DNA of 64,000 bases. It comes from a virus (taxonomy: Duplodnaviria; Caudoviricetes). The notes under the pieces were generated by a model. It made no database searches, had not been told where the DNA came from, and saw only the letters and a list, made by a program, of their open reading frames with translations. How positions within the stretch are numbered: position 1 is the first letter of the stretch; each line of letters starts with the position of its first letter. The position numbers and the translations under genes are program-made. Positions 27,811-37,346 of the stretch are shown piece by piece. Location: IMG/VR virus record IMGVR_UViG_3300027805_000006; one strand, given 5' to 3'.

Positions 27811-28864
27811 TCACCACAAAATAATCGTCATTTGGCTGCTTCTTAAGTTTCATCTTACTAAACATGTCTTCATAATAGACACGTATCTTTACTGCCTTTC
27901 CCTTTGGATAATTGTATTCAACAAAAAAGTCTATTGATGACGGGTTTACACTTAAGCCGGTTATTGGTTTTTCTGAATCATAGAATTCATCATCCAACAA
28001 CCAGAATTTTTTACCGGCTTTTCGCAGGCGCTCGATCATTGATTTCAGCGTATCGGCATAAATGGAATCAAAGTCCTTATCTTCCTGCATTTCTTCAAGG
28101 CTGTCTTGTTTTTTACCAGCAGCTATTTCTTCTTCATGCTGCTTAAATCTTTCCCAAACGTGGCTGTGCGCAACTCCCCATCCACCACCAGGAATGCGAC
28201 CGATAACAACACTTCCATCGGCGACATCTTCATTTCTAAGCGTTGCGATTGATGTTCCGCCTGATTTTTCAAGTGATATCCACCCTTCTTTTTTTTCTTG
28301 TCCTAAACCACCAACATATGTCAAATCAACATCTGTAAAAGGTTCTACTCTATAGTTATGAACAAGAGGTCCGCGCGAGATACTTCTATCTTTTCTTTCA
28401 CGAATATAATAGACGTCATTTGACTTTTTCAGAAGTTTCTGAAGCATTGAAACAAAAAAGTCAAACTGCTTTTCATCAAATACTTCATCTTCAGCGAGGG
28501 AGTTAGATAAATTCTCTTCTTCAGATACTTTATCTTGCATATTTTTTGCATTTTCGTTCTGCAAAAAGCGCCGAATTCCCCACATAGAGGCAAACACCCA
28601 ATGTCCAAATGGCGATGGAAGTTTCTTTAACGCCACCAGACCAGCATCGATGTCTTCTATGTTGTAAGTCTTTGAAGTAGGAACTGGAAATACGGGCTCT
28701 AGGTATAAAGTCACAACACCTACCTGAGGCTTTAATTTAATAGTGTGTATCTTTGATAGTTCGTAAGTATTTTCTGAAATAGTATAGACTTCTTTACCTG
28801 CTTTTAACAGACGCTGGATGGTTGCTGACGTAAATTCTGCATCTGCAAGTTCTTGCTTTTCCAT
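27791..28864 (-). CDS. hypothetical protein with three repeated modules
   Basis: QRLLKAGKEVY / QKLLKKSNDVY / ERLRKAGKKFW separated by acidic linkers. Confidence 0.65.
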   Translation of the reverse strand: MEKQELADAEFTSATIQRLLKAGKEVYTISENTYELSKIHTIKLKPQVGVVTLYLEPVFPVPTSKTYNIEDIDAGLVALKKLPSPFGHWVFASMWGIRRFLQNENAKNMQDKVSEEENLSNSLAEDEVFDEKQFDFFVSMLQKLLKKSNDVYYIRERKDRSISRGPLVHNYRVEPFTDVDLTYVGGLGQEKKEGWISLEKSGGTSIATLRNEDVADGSVVIGRIPGGGWGVAHSHVWERFKQHEEEIAAGKKQDSLEEMQEDKDFDSIYADTLKSMIERLRKAGKKFWLLDDEFYDSEKPITGLSVNPSSIDFFVEYNYPKGKAVKIRVYYEDMFSKMKLKKQPNDDYFVVIDNETR

Positions 28865-29547
28865 TATTTTTCCTGAAGTTCTAGACCTTTTTTGGTCTTC
28901 CTAAGAGTGTATCTGTCAGCGCTTCTTTCATTGAAGTACATATCATGATAGTGTTTCCACCCAACACCTTGACGTTTAGATAGCCTTAATAACCAAACCT
29001 TTATAACTCCGTCGGTGTCTTTCATACCTACCCTCGCATCTGACACAATTCCTTTTGTTTCCCGCCCGAGGTAATTCAAACTAAAATAAACGGCGTTTCC
29101 CTTCTTTAATTGATTATCGACAAGGGTCCATATCAGAGGAGGTTTTTGCTGCTCTGCTTGTTCTTCACGGAGTTTATCTTCTTCGGGTTCCTGTTTATTT
29201 TGTTTTGAAACCAAAGTGACGCGTGTTTCCCCATCTACCTTGATGGTTTTTAGTGTATAGAAATTCTCTGAGCCGTCTCCAGTTAAGACAGCTCTTTTTC
29301 GCGCGCCCGTATTTTCATCTTTATAGAAGACTTCCCAGTCATCATGCCTACTATTTCCAAATAGGTTCAAGGCTTGAACGGGATAAATTTCTTGTGTAAT
29401 AAGACCCTTTAGCTTCGTGAATGAATGAACACCCACGTCAATATAAACCTTCTCACCTTTCTTTATTCTCTGGTTAATAATAGAAACTATAAGAGGAGGC
29501 TTTGAGTTTTCTAAAAGAATATCAGTAATCTTCATCTGCACCACCAA
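28864..29547 (-). CDS. hypothetical protein with two repeated modules (head-internal type)
   Basis: MKITDILLE start, KPPLI...KKG..VY twice, CATAAATA at 29559-29566. Confidence 0.65.
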   Translation of the reverse strand: MVVQMKITDILLENSKPPLIVSIINQRIKKGEKVYIDVGVHSFTKLKGLITQEIYPVQALNLFGNSRHDDWEVFYKDENTGARKRAVLTGDGSENFYTLKTIKVDGETRVTLVSKQNKQEPEEDKLREEQAEQQKPPLIWTLVDNQLKKGNAVYFSLNYLGRETKGIVSDARVGMKDTDGVIKVWLLRLSKRQGVGWKHYHDMYFNERSADRYTLRKTKKGLELQEK

Positions 29548-29594
29548 AAAACATATGCTATTTATGCCTTAAGCCGTTGCAGAATGTTTCTTTG

Positions 29595-30410
29595 CTATTG
29601 AACTTTACATGAAGCAGTCTTAATAGTAGATATTGACTTAGAATTATTTGGCCATACCTGCGTAGAAAATGCTGGTTGCTTAGGTAGAGCAAATTGAATG
29701 CCCGTCCGGCGCTGGACCTCGTAAAAATCGGTCACAAACTGTGATGGGTCGCCTGCTGTTGCTCCGGCCGGATAAATGAATGATAGTACTTGATTATTTT
29801 TTTGGTCGATTACTACTTTAAAGAATGCATCGGGAACAACAACTCTACCACGCCCAATGGTATTAGATGACTTTCTATTGTAGATGGGGCCAACATGGAT
29901 AAGAAGTGGTGTATTTCGTTCCACCGCCCAAACTCTTACGAGTTCTTCAAGTTGCTTCCAGGGTCCGCGATTCAATGCAGGTAGTTGAGGTGCTGCATTA
30001 CTCAGTACATTACTTTCAATTTCTACCTGTGGTGACCAGCGCATATCTGCATTTCCAGCCATGTGCCCAATGTCGTAGCCACTCTTTGCATAATCGCTTA
30101 CTTCTGCTCTAATAAATGGAGGAAAACTTATTTCTGGATCAAAATCATTTGTACGCTTCGCACATCCAAAAACTCTTTTAGATGTTAATGTGTATGAAAC
30201 CCAAACCGGAATCTTTGCTTTATTGTCATGCTCAAGCGCATATCCTTCTCTGCAGATGCGAGAAACATCCATCTTTTTTACATCTGGAATTCCATAAGGT
30301 ACATGTTCTTTACACTCAGAAATATGTTTTGATTCCCTAGGTGTGCCAGCAAACACATTCGCCCAAAAGAACAAAAATGATAGAGTGCATATTAACAGAA
30401 ATTTTTTCAT
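29595..30410 (-). CDS. secreted DNA/RNA non-specific endonuclease (NucA/EndA family)
   Basis: signal peptide MKKFLLIC; GYDIGHMA, NAAPQ...NRGPW.QLE, VPDAFFKVV. Confidence 0.88.
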   Translation of the reverse strand: MKKFLLICTLSFLFFWANVFAGTPRESKHISECKEHVPYGIPDVKKMDVSRICREGYALEHDNKAKIPVWVSYTLTSKRVFGCAKRTNDFDPEISFPPFIRAEVSDYAKSGYDIGHMAGNADMRWSPQVEIESNVLSNAAPQLPALNRGPWKQLEELVRVWAVERNTPLLIHVGPIYNRKSSNTIGRGRVVVPDAFFKVVIDQKNNQVLSFIYPAGATAGDPSQFVTDFYEVQRRTGIQFALPKQPAFSTQVWPNNSKSISTIKTASCKVQ

Positions 30411-30583
30411 TTTACCTACTCCTATTCTTATCAATTGACTGGAGAGGCGTTGTTTTTGCTGCAGACTTAAGAAACGCCCGAATAGCACCCTGCCTAAGCA
30501 TTATGCGGTTTCAAGAGCCAATAGACAGAAAATGCATTTCTGCTACCGGAAAATCAAGGCACCAGTCAATTGAATAGTATTAT

Positions 30584-30850
30584 TTATTGTCTGCTTTCAG
30601 ACTTATCAATTGCTGCCATAAGATCAGCAGCAAAACCAGGATTGGTATTGCGAATACTATTAGCGTATTGCCTCAGTTGCTCTGTGGTTTCACACCCTTC
30701 TGGTCCATAAACTGACGGTGCCGTAATATTCTTCCAAACATTAGCAATTTTTTCTGAATAAAAAACAAAGGCTTCGGCCATCCATTCAGCACCCCTTGGT
30801 TTTTGCGCAGTTGCTTGGTAATCCATTTTAAATCTCCCTAATAAAAACAA
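30584..30850 (-). CDS. hypothetical protein
   Basis: ORF; start probably MDYQ. Confidence 0.55.
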   Translation of the reverse strand: MFLLGRFKMDYQATAQKPRGAEWMAEAFVFYSEKIANVWKNITAPSVYGPEGCETTEQLRQYANSIRNTNPGFAADLMAAIDKSESRQ

Positions 30851-30851
30851 A

Positions 30852-30873
30852 GCATCCTGCCTAGGCAGGATGC
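30852..30873 (-). terminator. intrinsic terminator
   Basis: GCATCCTGCC-TA-GGCAGGATGC with a T tract on the minus strand. Confidence 0.65.
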
Positions 30874-30893
30874 CGTTCGGTTAAACTAATTAA

Positions 30894-31151
30894 TTAGTCC
30901 TTCTTCTGTACGAAGCCATAGAGTTCGTTTGCCTTCTTGACAACTTCCTCGATGGAGTACATCTTAGGCATTAGTTTTCCAGCCTCTTCCAGCGTAGCCT
31001 TCTGGGTGCTGATAAGATGATCAGCCATCTTATTAGCCATATCCAGTTGGATGGCAGTTTGTGCCTGCAGATAGTCTTGCGCCATCTGAAGAAGAGTTAG
31101 CCTGATTTCGTAGGGTGATTTGCTAGAACTAGCATTTGTTTTGGTAGTCAT
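30894..31151 (-). CDS. hypothetical phage protein
   Basis: 85 aa, GGAGG RBS. Confidence 0.65.
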   Translation of the reverse strand: MTTKTNASSSKSPYEIRLTLLQMAQDYLQAQTAIQLDMANKMADHLISTQKATLEEAGKLMPKMYSIEEVVKKANELYGFVQKKD

Positions 31152-31255
31152 AATGACCTCCTGTGTGTAGTGTGTTTTACAGCATTTGAGGCCGCTGTAA
31201 GAAGCCTATACTCTATATATACCGGGAGCATTACGCTCCCAGTATAATCTTAAAA

Positions 31256-31402
31256 TCAAGCAGAACGTTGGCGCTGCGGAATGCGAACGGTAGTTACAGC
31301 AGTCGTGGTAGGACGACGCTTGGCAACTGCCATCTTTACAAAGCGACCAGTCTTTAGGTCACGGGCAACGGTTTGCTTAACATACTTGGTCTTTGAAGCC
31401 AT
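31256..31402 (-). CDS. small basic protein (RDLKTGRFV motif)
   Basis: 48-aa ORF behind AAGGAG; higher GC. Confidence 0.6.
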   Translation of the reverse strand: MASKTKYVKQTVARDLKTGRFVKMAVAKRRPTTTAVTTVRIPQRQRSA

Positions 31403-31504
31403 AAGTTTCTCCTTTGAGTTACAAAAGTTGCTGAACCTTGTTTGTTCAACACTGTTATAATAACACAAATTAAACCTGTAGTAAGATAAGTTTAGGTTAG
31501 AAAT

Positions 31505-31532
31505 AGAAATGGGCTCGTAAGAGCCCATTTCT
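31505..31532 (-). terminator. intrinsic terminator
   Basis: AGAAATGGGCTC-GTAA-GAGCCCATTTCT. Confidence 0.7.
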
Positions 31533-31547
31533 TATGCTAGGAAAGAA

Positions 31548-31772
31548 TTACTTCTTTGCTGGCTCAGCCTTGGCAGCAGGTGCTGCTGGAGTAGCAGGCT
31601 TGGCTGCTGGAGCAGATGCCTTAGGTGCGCCGGGCTTGGCAGCAGGTGCTGAAGCCTTAGGTGCAGGAGCAGCAGGCTTTGCTGGCTCAGCCTTGGCAGC
31701 AGGTGCTGCTGGGGCTTGCGCAAATGCACTTGCACTGAAAGCCACTAGGGCGGCGAGTACTACGTTCTTCAT
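31548..31772 (-). CDS. small secreted Ala/Pro/Lys-repeat protein
   Basis: signal peptide (..SASAFA) followed by PAAKAEPAKPAAP repeats. Confidence 0.75.
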   Translation of the reverse strand: MKNVVLAALVAFSASAFAQAPAAPAAKAEPAKPAAPAPKASAPAAKPGAPKASAPAAKPATPAAPAAKAEPAKK

Positions 31773-31848
31773 TTGGTTCTCCTTTAGAGAGTTAGTTGTG
31801 GATTAATGTTTATAACACAAGTGCCAACATTTTTAGGCATCTTTTAGG

Positions 31849-32166
31849 TTAAAACTTTCTTGTGGTTTTGCGTACAGCCCGCTGCTTCGGTGCAGCCTTG
31901 ACTGCGGTTTTTGGCTCAACGGGCTCTGGACCTGGTTGGACCAAAGGAAGTTGTTCTACTTCTACTGGCTTTTGCTCTCCAGCAACATCAACACTTCCAT
32001 CCATCTTATATAGACGACGGCTAGTCATTCGGCGAGACAGTTCTTCAGCACCAGCAACTGCTTGGCTGGACTTATTTGCTGCCTTCCATGAAAAATATAA
32101 ACTAATTGGTCCGCCAATTAGCCCGACCAGACTTGAAGCAACACTCATCATTTGGGTAGCATCCAT
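31849..32166 (-). CDS. membrane-anchored hypothetical protein
   Basis: MDATQ start behind AAGGAG; N-terminal TM helix. Confidence 0.55.
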   Translation of the reverse strand: MDATQMMSVASSLVGLIGGPISLYFSWKAANKSSQAVAGAEELSRRMTSRRLYKMDGSVDVAGEQKPVEVEQLPLVQPGPEPVEPKTAVKAAPKQRAVRKTTRKF

Positions 32167-32378
32167 TTTTATCTCCTTTTTGAGAAGTACGCTAGTATTT
32201 AGCAATAAACACTAGTTAGCAAGGTTTTTTGACCTGCTGTTCTACTGCTTCCTGTAGATGCTCTTCTGGAGCAAGCTTTTTATCGAGGTCAGTGAGGTCT
32301 CTTCCTAAGATCACTTCCCAACGATTTTCATATTCGCGCTCGAGCGCTTCTTTTATCTGTTGTATTATGTTTCTCACT

Positions 32379-32576
32379 TTACTTCCAGTCTGTATCCCTC
32401 CGCTGATGTCTATTTAGGAGTACTCGCAGGGTAACTGCTATTGGTACATCATTTTCCTTGAGAAAGGAGAGTGCTTTGTTGAATGAATTTTCTAAATGCA
32501 GAAACGCTATGCCCTTATTCACAGTGGCTTCTAGTTCCTTGTTATCGCGTGTAAAAGGTGTCACTTGAGTGTGCAT
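32379..32576 (-). CDS. hypothetical protein
   Basis: 65-aa ORF. Confidence 0.5.
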   Translation of the reverse strand: MHTQVTPFTRDNKELEATVNKGIAFLHLENSFNKALSFLKENDVPIAVTLRVLLNRHQRRDTDWK

Positions 32577-32633
32577 TAAATTCTCAGGTTGGCTAAATAT
32601 TATATTTAATCAATCTAAATGGTTAATTGAGTT

Positions 32634-32909
32634 TTATACTACAGTCTCTAGTGGGAGATGACTTTCATCAGCTTCGCCTGGTAATGTGTCCTTTGGAATC
32701 TTCATCAACCAATCCTGTGGCATATGACCTGTTTTACTTCTTTTACCATTCTCAGTCATAAGTTCCGTAGGTGCCTCTACTAACCACACGACTCCGTACT
32801 TTGAATGTGTGCCGGCAATTTCAATACACGTAATAATCTTCCCAACTGACGCCCCAGTAACGCTCTTTATAATAAGAGCCAAATCACCAGGCTGTAGTCT
32901 TTTATCCAT
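32634..32909 (-). CDS. hypothetical protein (SH3-like beta fold possible)
   Basis: LQPGDLALII..VG..V pattern. Confidence 0.55.
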   Translation of the reverse strand: MDKRLQPGDLALIIKSVTGASVGKIITCIEIAGTHSKYGVVWLVEAPTELMTENGKRSKTGHMPQDWLMKIPKDTLPGEADESHLPLETVV

Positions 32910-33309
32910 ACCTTGCGCCAGACCTTAAAAATTCTTCTACCACCTCAGGAGTGGACGTGACGCCTAGATAATTTGCAAATGCTAGCATGAGCCGCTTTTC
33001 TTCACTGGGTGACATAATTAAATTATGAATATCTAGGTAGTTTGCATATTGCGCAAGAGCATACGCTGATGTATCAAAGCCGAAGGTAGTGTAAAGAACT
33101 CCACGATATGAGCGACCTTCTTCAATCTCACCCTTGTAGATGCGCCTAGAAACAGCACAAAAGAGACTTATTTGGTCCTCCATAGAAAGAGAATTCCACA
33201 GTTTTTCCTGCGCTTCCTCTTCTTGCTTCATTACGCGGTTAAACACTTCTGAAATTTCGTCCAATGATTTAAGGGCTTCTTCTCTTTTTTTAGTATCTTG
33301 CTCTTCCAT
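32902..33309 (-). CDS. hypothetical protein
   Basis: 135-aa ORF directly after a tRNA. Confidence 0.6.
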   Translation of the reverse strand: MEEQDTKKREEALKSLDEISEVFNRVMKQEEEAQEKLWNSLSMEDQISLFCAVSRRIYKGEIEEGRSYRGVLYTTFGFDTSAYALAQYANYLDIHNLIMSPSEEKRLMLAFANYLGVTSTPEVVEEFLRSGARYG

Positions 33310-33329
33310 TATTTACACCTATTTTAGTT

Positions 33330-33419
33330 TGGTCCCGCCGTGTGGAATCGAACCACATCCTGGACCTTATCTAGATTAAGGGCTTATAAGACCCCCTGCT
33401 CTCCTTGAGCTACGGCGGG
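33330..33419 (-). tRNA. tRNA-Ile: tRNA-Ile(UAU), atypical: 90 nt with a long variable region
   Basis: acceptor CCCGCCG/CGGCGGG-A-CCA, T arm TGTGG-TTCGATT-CCACA, loop CT-TAT-AA, 21-nt variable region. Confidence 0.75.
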
Positions 33420-33498
33420 AAATAATCTTTTAATATTTTCAAAGGTTATTTATTCATAACAATTATAACACAGCCTCAACCTTCATCGCCAGTTTATT

Positions 33499-33996
33499 TC
33501 AAACTGCACCAATAGCAACTGCCTCTTCGTACAATTGTTGATAGGTATGCTGCTCAAAATCTAGTGTAAGTAAAAATCTAGGCTTTTCATCAAAGTTTAT
33601 AACTGTGTGGTAGCAAGTTGTGTCAAAAAGCACTGGCTTTCCAACTTCATAATTTACAACATCAAAAGATATTATCCCGTTGAGGGGTTTCTCAAGTTTT
33701 TTACCATGAAGCGTATAACTATTACTATATTCAAGCAACACGTTTATGCCACATTTTCTATGTTTATCGCAGTGCCATTCTAGTGTAGTTTTAGGCTCTA
33801 ACATTAGAATTGTGCCATTAGGAAAGAATTTTTCTATAATACGACAAACTTCACCAGAAAAGCGGACGTGTTGATGTGTAATAGGAATTACATAAAGCCC
33901 TTTATCTGCAATCCATTTTTCCTTCGTCAGATTTTTGCATAGGTGGAGAAGCGTTGCTTTGTTTATTAATTCACCTTTCAGCGTTACCCAACTCAC
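33499..33996 (-). CDS. putative Fe(II)/2OG-oxygenase-like protein
   Basis: LEWHCD..CGINV...FDTTCYHTV (HxD..H). Confidence 0.5.
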   Translation of the reverse strand: MSWVTLKGELINKATLLHLCKNLTKEKWIADKGLYVIPITHQHVRFSGEVCRIIEKFFPNGTILMLEPKTTLEWHCDKHRKCGINVLLEYSNSYTLHGKKLEKPLNGIISFDVVNYEVGKPVLFDTTCYHTVINFDEKPRFLLTLDFEQHTYQQLYEEAVAIGAV

Positions 33997-35639
33997 GATT
34001 TCTTCTTAGCTAGTTTCTTAAGTTGAGGCATCTCAAGTAAAACAGGTTTCTTACTTCGTGTAGATTCAGCTTTGATTCCACCAGCATCTAACCACATCTG
34101 CTTGATGAGCCTTCGCATATCTGGCGGAGCATTTTTTCCTGAATCGGTCCAAGCGTCCCATAGCTTCTTCAATTCACGCAGTGCTTCATCAGCTGACATA
34201 CCTGCTACTGGTTTCTTTTCATCTTCTGACTTTTTCTCGCCCTCGCCAGCTTTTTCTGTTGGCTTTTTCTCGCCCTCGCCAGATAATGCTTCCTCCGGTG
34301 GAGCAACTCCAACTTTTCCAAATGCACCACTGATTGATTCTGGCTTTGCACCAGCACCTACCAGCACCTTAGTCACAGCTTCTACATCAGTAGGTGAACC
34401 AGCTTTCTTCCACGCTGCATTCAGTTTATCAGCGGTAATTTTAGTAGTTAGATTTGCAGCTGCAGTCTTTACTTTTCCTGCTACCTTCTTAATGAAATCT
34501 AATGGTCCTTCAAGAAGAATCTGCTTTTCTACTTCTTCAAACAATGAATTAATTTGAGCATGAGATAGACTCTCTGTTTTCGGCTTTGCTGCACCACCTC
34601 CTGCGGCAGCAACAGCGCCTTGACTTGCTGCTGATAAGCCTTTACCAAGTGCATTTATCCATTGTAGCAAACTATCATTTTGTTTTGCAGCGGCCCAAGC
34701 ACCTTTCATTGCGCCTTCCATCGCCTGCATATACTCTTTAGAGTTTATTTCCTTGCTAACAGCTACTAATGCGTCAAATGCTTTTCCAGCACCTTCCCCG
34801 CCCTTTTTAATAGTTGCAATGGCATTACGCACTGTCTCTGCATCTTCTGATGTCATCAGCGCATCGACAGACTTAATCGGCCGCACGTACTCCAAACCAG
34901 GAGCATTGATTTGACGTGATGCATCGAAACTTACACGCTCAAGACCTGCGTCCTTAGGACCAAATGGAATATATTTTTCTCTTATTCCAGCAACATATTG
35001 ACCTGCGAGATCAAATAGTTTTCCGGCAATAAAACCGTACGCAGCGGTTTTGATGCCCTTGCCGATAGCAGTAGAGAGTTTCTCACCCTTCAGAAGTTCT
35101 GCTGCTCCACGAAGAATCTGACCTGCCACTGCACCACCAACTGGACCACCAGCGATTGAAGCGATAGCAGTTAGAACACCGATAATGGCCGCGGTTTTAC
35201 CTGGGTTTTCTTTAGCCCAAGTACCCATTGCTGTAAGGTTCTTCTCTAGCGCAGGAAACTTTTCGCCTATCTTCTTCTTTAGGTCTTCAAACTTCTGGTC
35301 AAATGCCTGAACAGGTCTGGTGTCTTGCAGCCATTTACCGACGTTGTTAATTACGTCGTTTGCTTTTACGACTGTGTCTTTTGCTTTTCCAAGTACGGTG
35401 CGGTTTGTACCTGCTGCAGTCTCAGCATCCTCGATGTGTTTGAACATCTGGGTAAGTTGGTCAACCGTGACCGCTGCTTCAATTAGCGGTAGAAGTTCAC
35501 CATGAATACCCCTAACGACGCGAGACTGCTCTTCAGATAGGTCAAGACAAACAGACTCTAAGAGAGCCTGAGATTCTAACAGGTGTTGCTCAAGCAGTAT
35601 TTTTTGACGGTTAAGTGCGTGAAGTTCTAGAATATTCAT
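33993..35639 (-). CDS. probable virion/prohead-associated protein
   Basis: multiple (I/L)LLE motifs typical of prohead-protease substrates; CATAAATA at 35666-35673. Confidence 0.55.
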   Translation of the reverse strand: MNILELHALNRQKILLEQHLLESQALLESVCLDLSEEQSRVVRGIHGELLPLIEAAVTVDQLTQMFKHIEDAETAAGTNRTVLGKAKDTVVKANDVINNVGKWLQDTRPVQAFDQKFEDLKKKIGEKFPALEKNLTAMGTWAKENPGKTAAIIGVLTAIASIAGGPVGGAVAGQILRGAAELLKGEKLSTAIGKGIKTAAYGFIAGKLFDLAGQYVAGIREKYIPFGPKDAGLERVSFDASRQINAPGLEYVRPIKSVDALMTSEDAETVRNAIATIKKGGEGAGKAFDALVAVSKEINSKEYMQAMEGAMKGAWAAAKQNDSLLQWINALGKGLSAASQGAVAAAGGGAAKPKTESLSHAQINSLFEEVEKQILLEGPLDFIKKVAGKVKTAAANLTTKITADKLNAAWKKAGSPTDVEAVTKVLVGAGAKPESISGAFGKVGVAPPEEALSGEGEKKPTEKAGEGEKKSEDEKKPVAGMSADEALRELKKLWDAWTDSGKNAPPDMRRLIKQMWLDAGGIKAESTRSKKPVLLEMPQLKKLAKKKS

Positions 35640-35784
35640 AGTTTTGCGCTTTAAAAATACAGAACTATTTATGTGGAAACTATATTTAGTGCTTCAAGTA
35701 TGCTCAATAACCTTAATGGCAGTGTGTTCGTCTATCGCCTTTTGATAGATGGTGTATATTTTATTCTTTACAGACTGAGTAAAT

Positions 35785-36096
35785 TTATCCAACAGTATAC
35801 TCAACAAACTTAATACCTGCTTCTTTTATTGCCATCTCACAGATAGGGCACGGCTTTGATAGTTTTGGATTTCCGCTTGCGTCATATCTTTCAATTTTTA
35901 TTTTGTGTATTTCTTTGCCCTTTGCACGAATAATACAGGATATTTCTGCGTGCAAAGATTGTTTTTTATCCAACCCAACGTGTTTGGCGTATTTAGCCTG
36001 CAACGGATGTGTGCGAAAATAATTATTTTGCGCAGAAGAAATCTTTTTGCCTCTTTTATCAAGAGCAGTGGCAGTAATAAGAAATTTTCTTCCCAT
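35785..36096 (-). CDS. cytidine/deoxycytidylate deaminase-family protein
   Basis: HAE and KPCPIC zinc motifs. Confidence 0.8.
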   Translation of the reverse strand: MGRKFLITATALDKRGKKISSAQNNYFRTHPLQAKYAKHVGLDKKQSLHAEISCIIRAKGKEIHKIKIERYDASGNPKLSKPCPICEMAIKEAGIKFVEYTVG

Positions 36097-36201
36097 GATA
36101 TTTGCTTGAAATATACCACCTAGATAATTGCAGTGATGTCGATACCCCGTGTCATACTGCTATTATAACACATATTTCAACCTGAGTTTTACTGTAACAC
36201 A

Positions 36202-36276
36202 TGGAGCAGGTGGTGAGGTTCGAACTCACGACATTCTCGTTGGCAACGAGACATTCTACCACTGAATTACACCTGC
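36202..36276 (-). tRNA. tRNA-Gly: tRNA-Gly(GCC)
   Basis: canonical cloverleaf, loop TT-GCC-AA, CCA encoded. Confidence 0.95.
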
Positions 36277-36301
36277 ATAGAGTTATTTATTGGAGCCAAA
36301 A

Positions 36302-36347
36302 AGGAAACTCCCCGAGATTCTATTTCTAAAATCTCGGGGAGTTTCCT
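36302..36347. terminator. 18-bp perfect inverted repeat (terminator or processing hairpin)
   Basis: AGGAAACTCCCCGAGATT-N10-AATCTCGGGGAGTTTCCT. Confidence 0.65.
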
Positions 36348-36361
36348 GCGCCTAGTTTTTA

Positions 36362-36574
36362 TTATACTTCTGGATGTGTGATTTTTACAAATTTCAAAAA
36401 GTGGTCATGAAGCGTTTTCCTAAATGCTTGACGACTATGGATAAAATTGTCATATCCATGTGCATTAAACATTGAGGCGGCGGCCGCCATATTATCTGCC
36501 AAACTCATTAATTTTTCTTCTTCATTTTCTCCGTGCGGTGATAACGACATATCCGGGTATGCTAACTGTTTCAT
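36362..36574 (-). CDS. hypothetical protein
   Basis: 70-aa ORF with GGGGAG RBS. Confidence 0.55.
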   Translation of the reverse strand: MKQLAYPDMSLSPHGENEEEKLMSLADNMAAAASMFNAHGYDNFIHSRQAFRKTLHDHFLKFVKITHPEV

Positions 36575-36608
36575 AATATTTCTCCCCCATTTTGATTATG
36601 TAATTAAT

Positions 36609-37268
36609 TTATTGCCTCGATACTATGTGCCATGCATTTCCTCTGTAGAGCAATTGCAAACATTCAAATGGTTCTTGTAGAGTAACTTGAGTTAAGTTAT
36701 CTATTTTTGCACCATCTGAAGTTACTATTTTAATCTTTCGGGAGCCTATAGGGGCACTCATTTCTGATTTAATTATTAAAATAAAGCAATCAAGTAAGAC
36801 AGTGGGCAAAGTGATAGTAACTGGTCCTGTGCTGTTTACCCCTACATAGAGGTCATCTGCCTGAACCTCATAATCTTCGCTCACCACAACGGCTTTACAG
36901 CCATCATGAGAACAACTTCCTGGGTCTCCCTTAGGGCCGGTTGGGCCGGTTGGTCCAGTAGACCCCATTTCTCCAGGTAACCCCATAGGTCCCGTGGGTC
37001 CAGTCGGGCCATCTTTTCCAGGTAACCCCATCGGTCCTGTAGGTCCAGGTGGGCCTGTAGGTCCAGGTGGACAGTCACAATCATTATCATTGTCTTGATT
37101 GTTTATTATTACTGTATCATTGCCAGAGCCAGTATCAACTGAAGGCAAACCCCCAGATAATACCTGTATAGCCTGCTGAAGAAGAGTATCTGATATTGGT
37201 TCTTTTCGGCTGCTTAACTTTAATAGCGCATCATTTAGTTGAATCAATCTTGCTTCTAGCGTGTTCAT
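36609..37268 (-). CDS. collagen-like repeat protein
   Basis: about 16 Gly-X-Y triplets ([18 protein letters not shown]) flanked by Cys; C-terminal beta domain. Confidence 0.85.
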   Translation of the reverse strand: MNTLEARLIQLNDALLKLSSRKEPISDTLLQQAIQVLSGGLPSVDTGSGNDTVIINNQDNDNDCDCPPGPTGPPGPTGPMGLPGKDGPTGPTGPMGLPGEMGSTGPTGPTGPKGDPGSCSHDGCKAVVVSEDYEVQADDLYVGVNSTGPVTITLPTVLLDCFILIIKSEMSAPIGSRKIKIVTSDGAKIDNLTQVTLQEPFECLQLLYRGNAWHIVSRQ

Positions 37269-37346
37269 CTTGTCTCCTTTCTTAGGAAAAGCAAGCCCTT
37301 ACGGGCCTGCTTTTAGCCTAGCCTCACTGTTATGTGAACGAACGGA

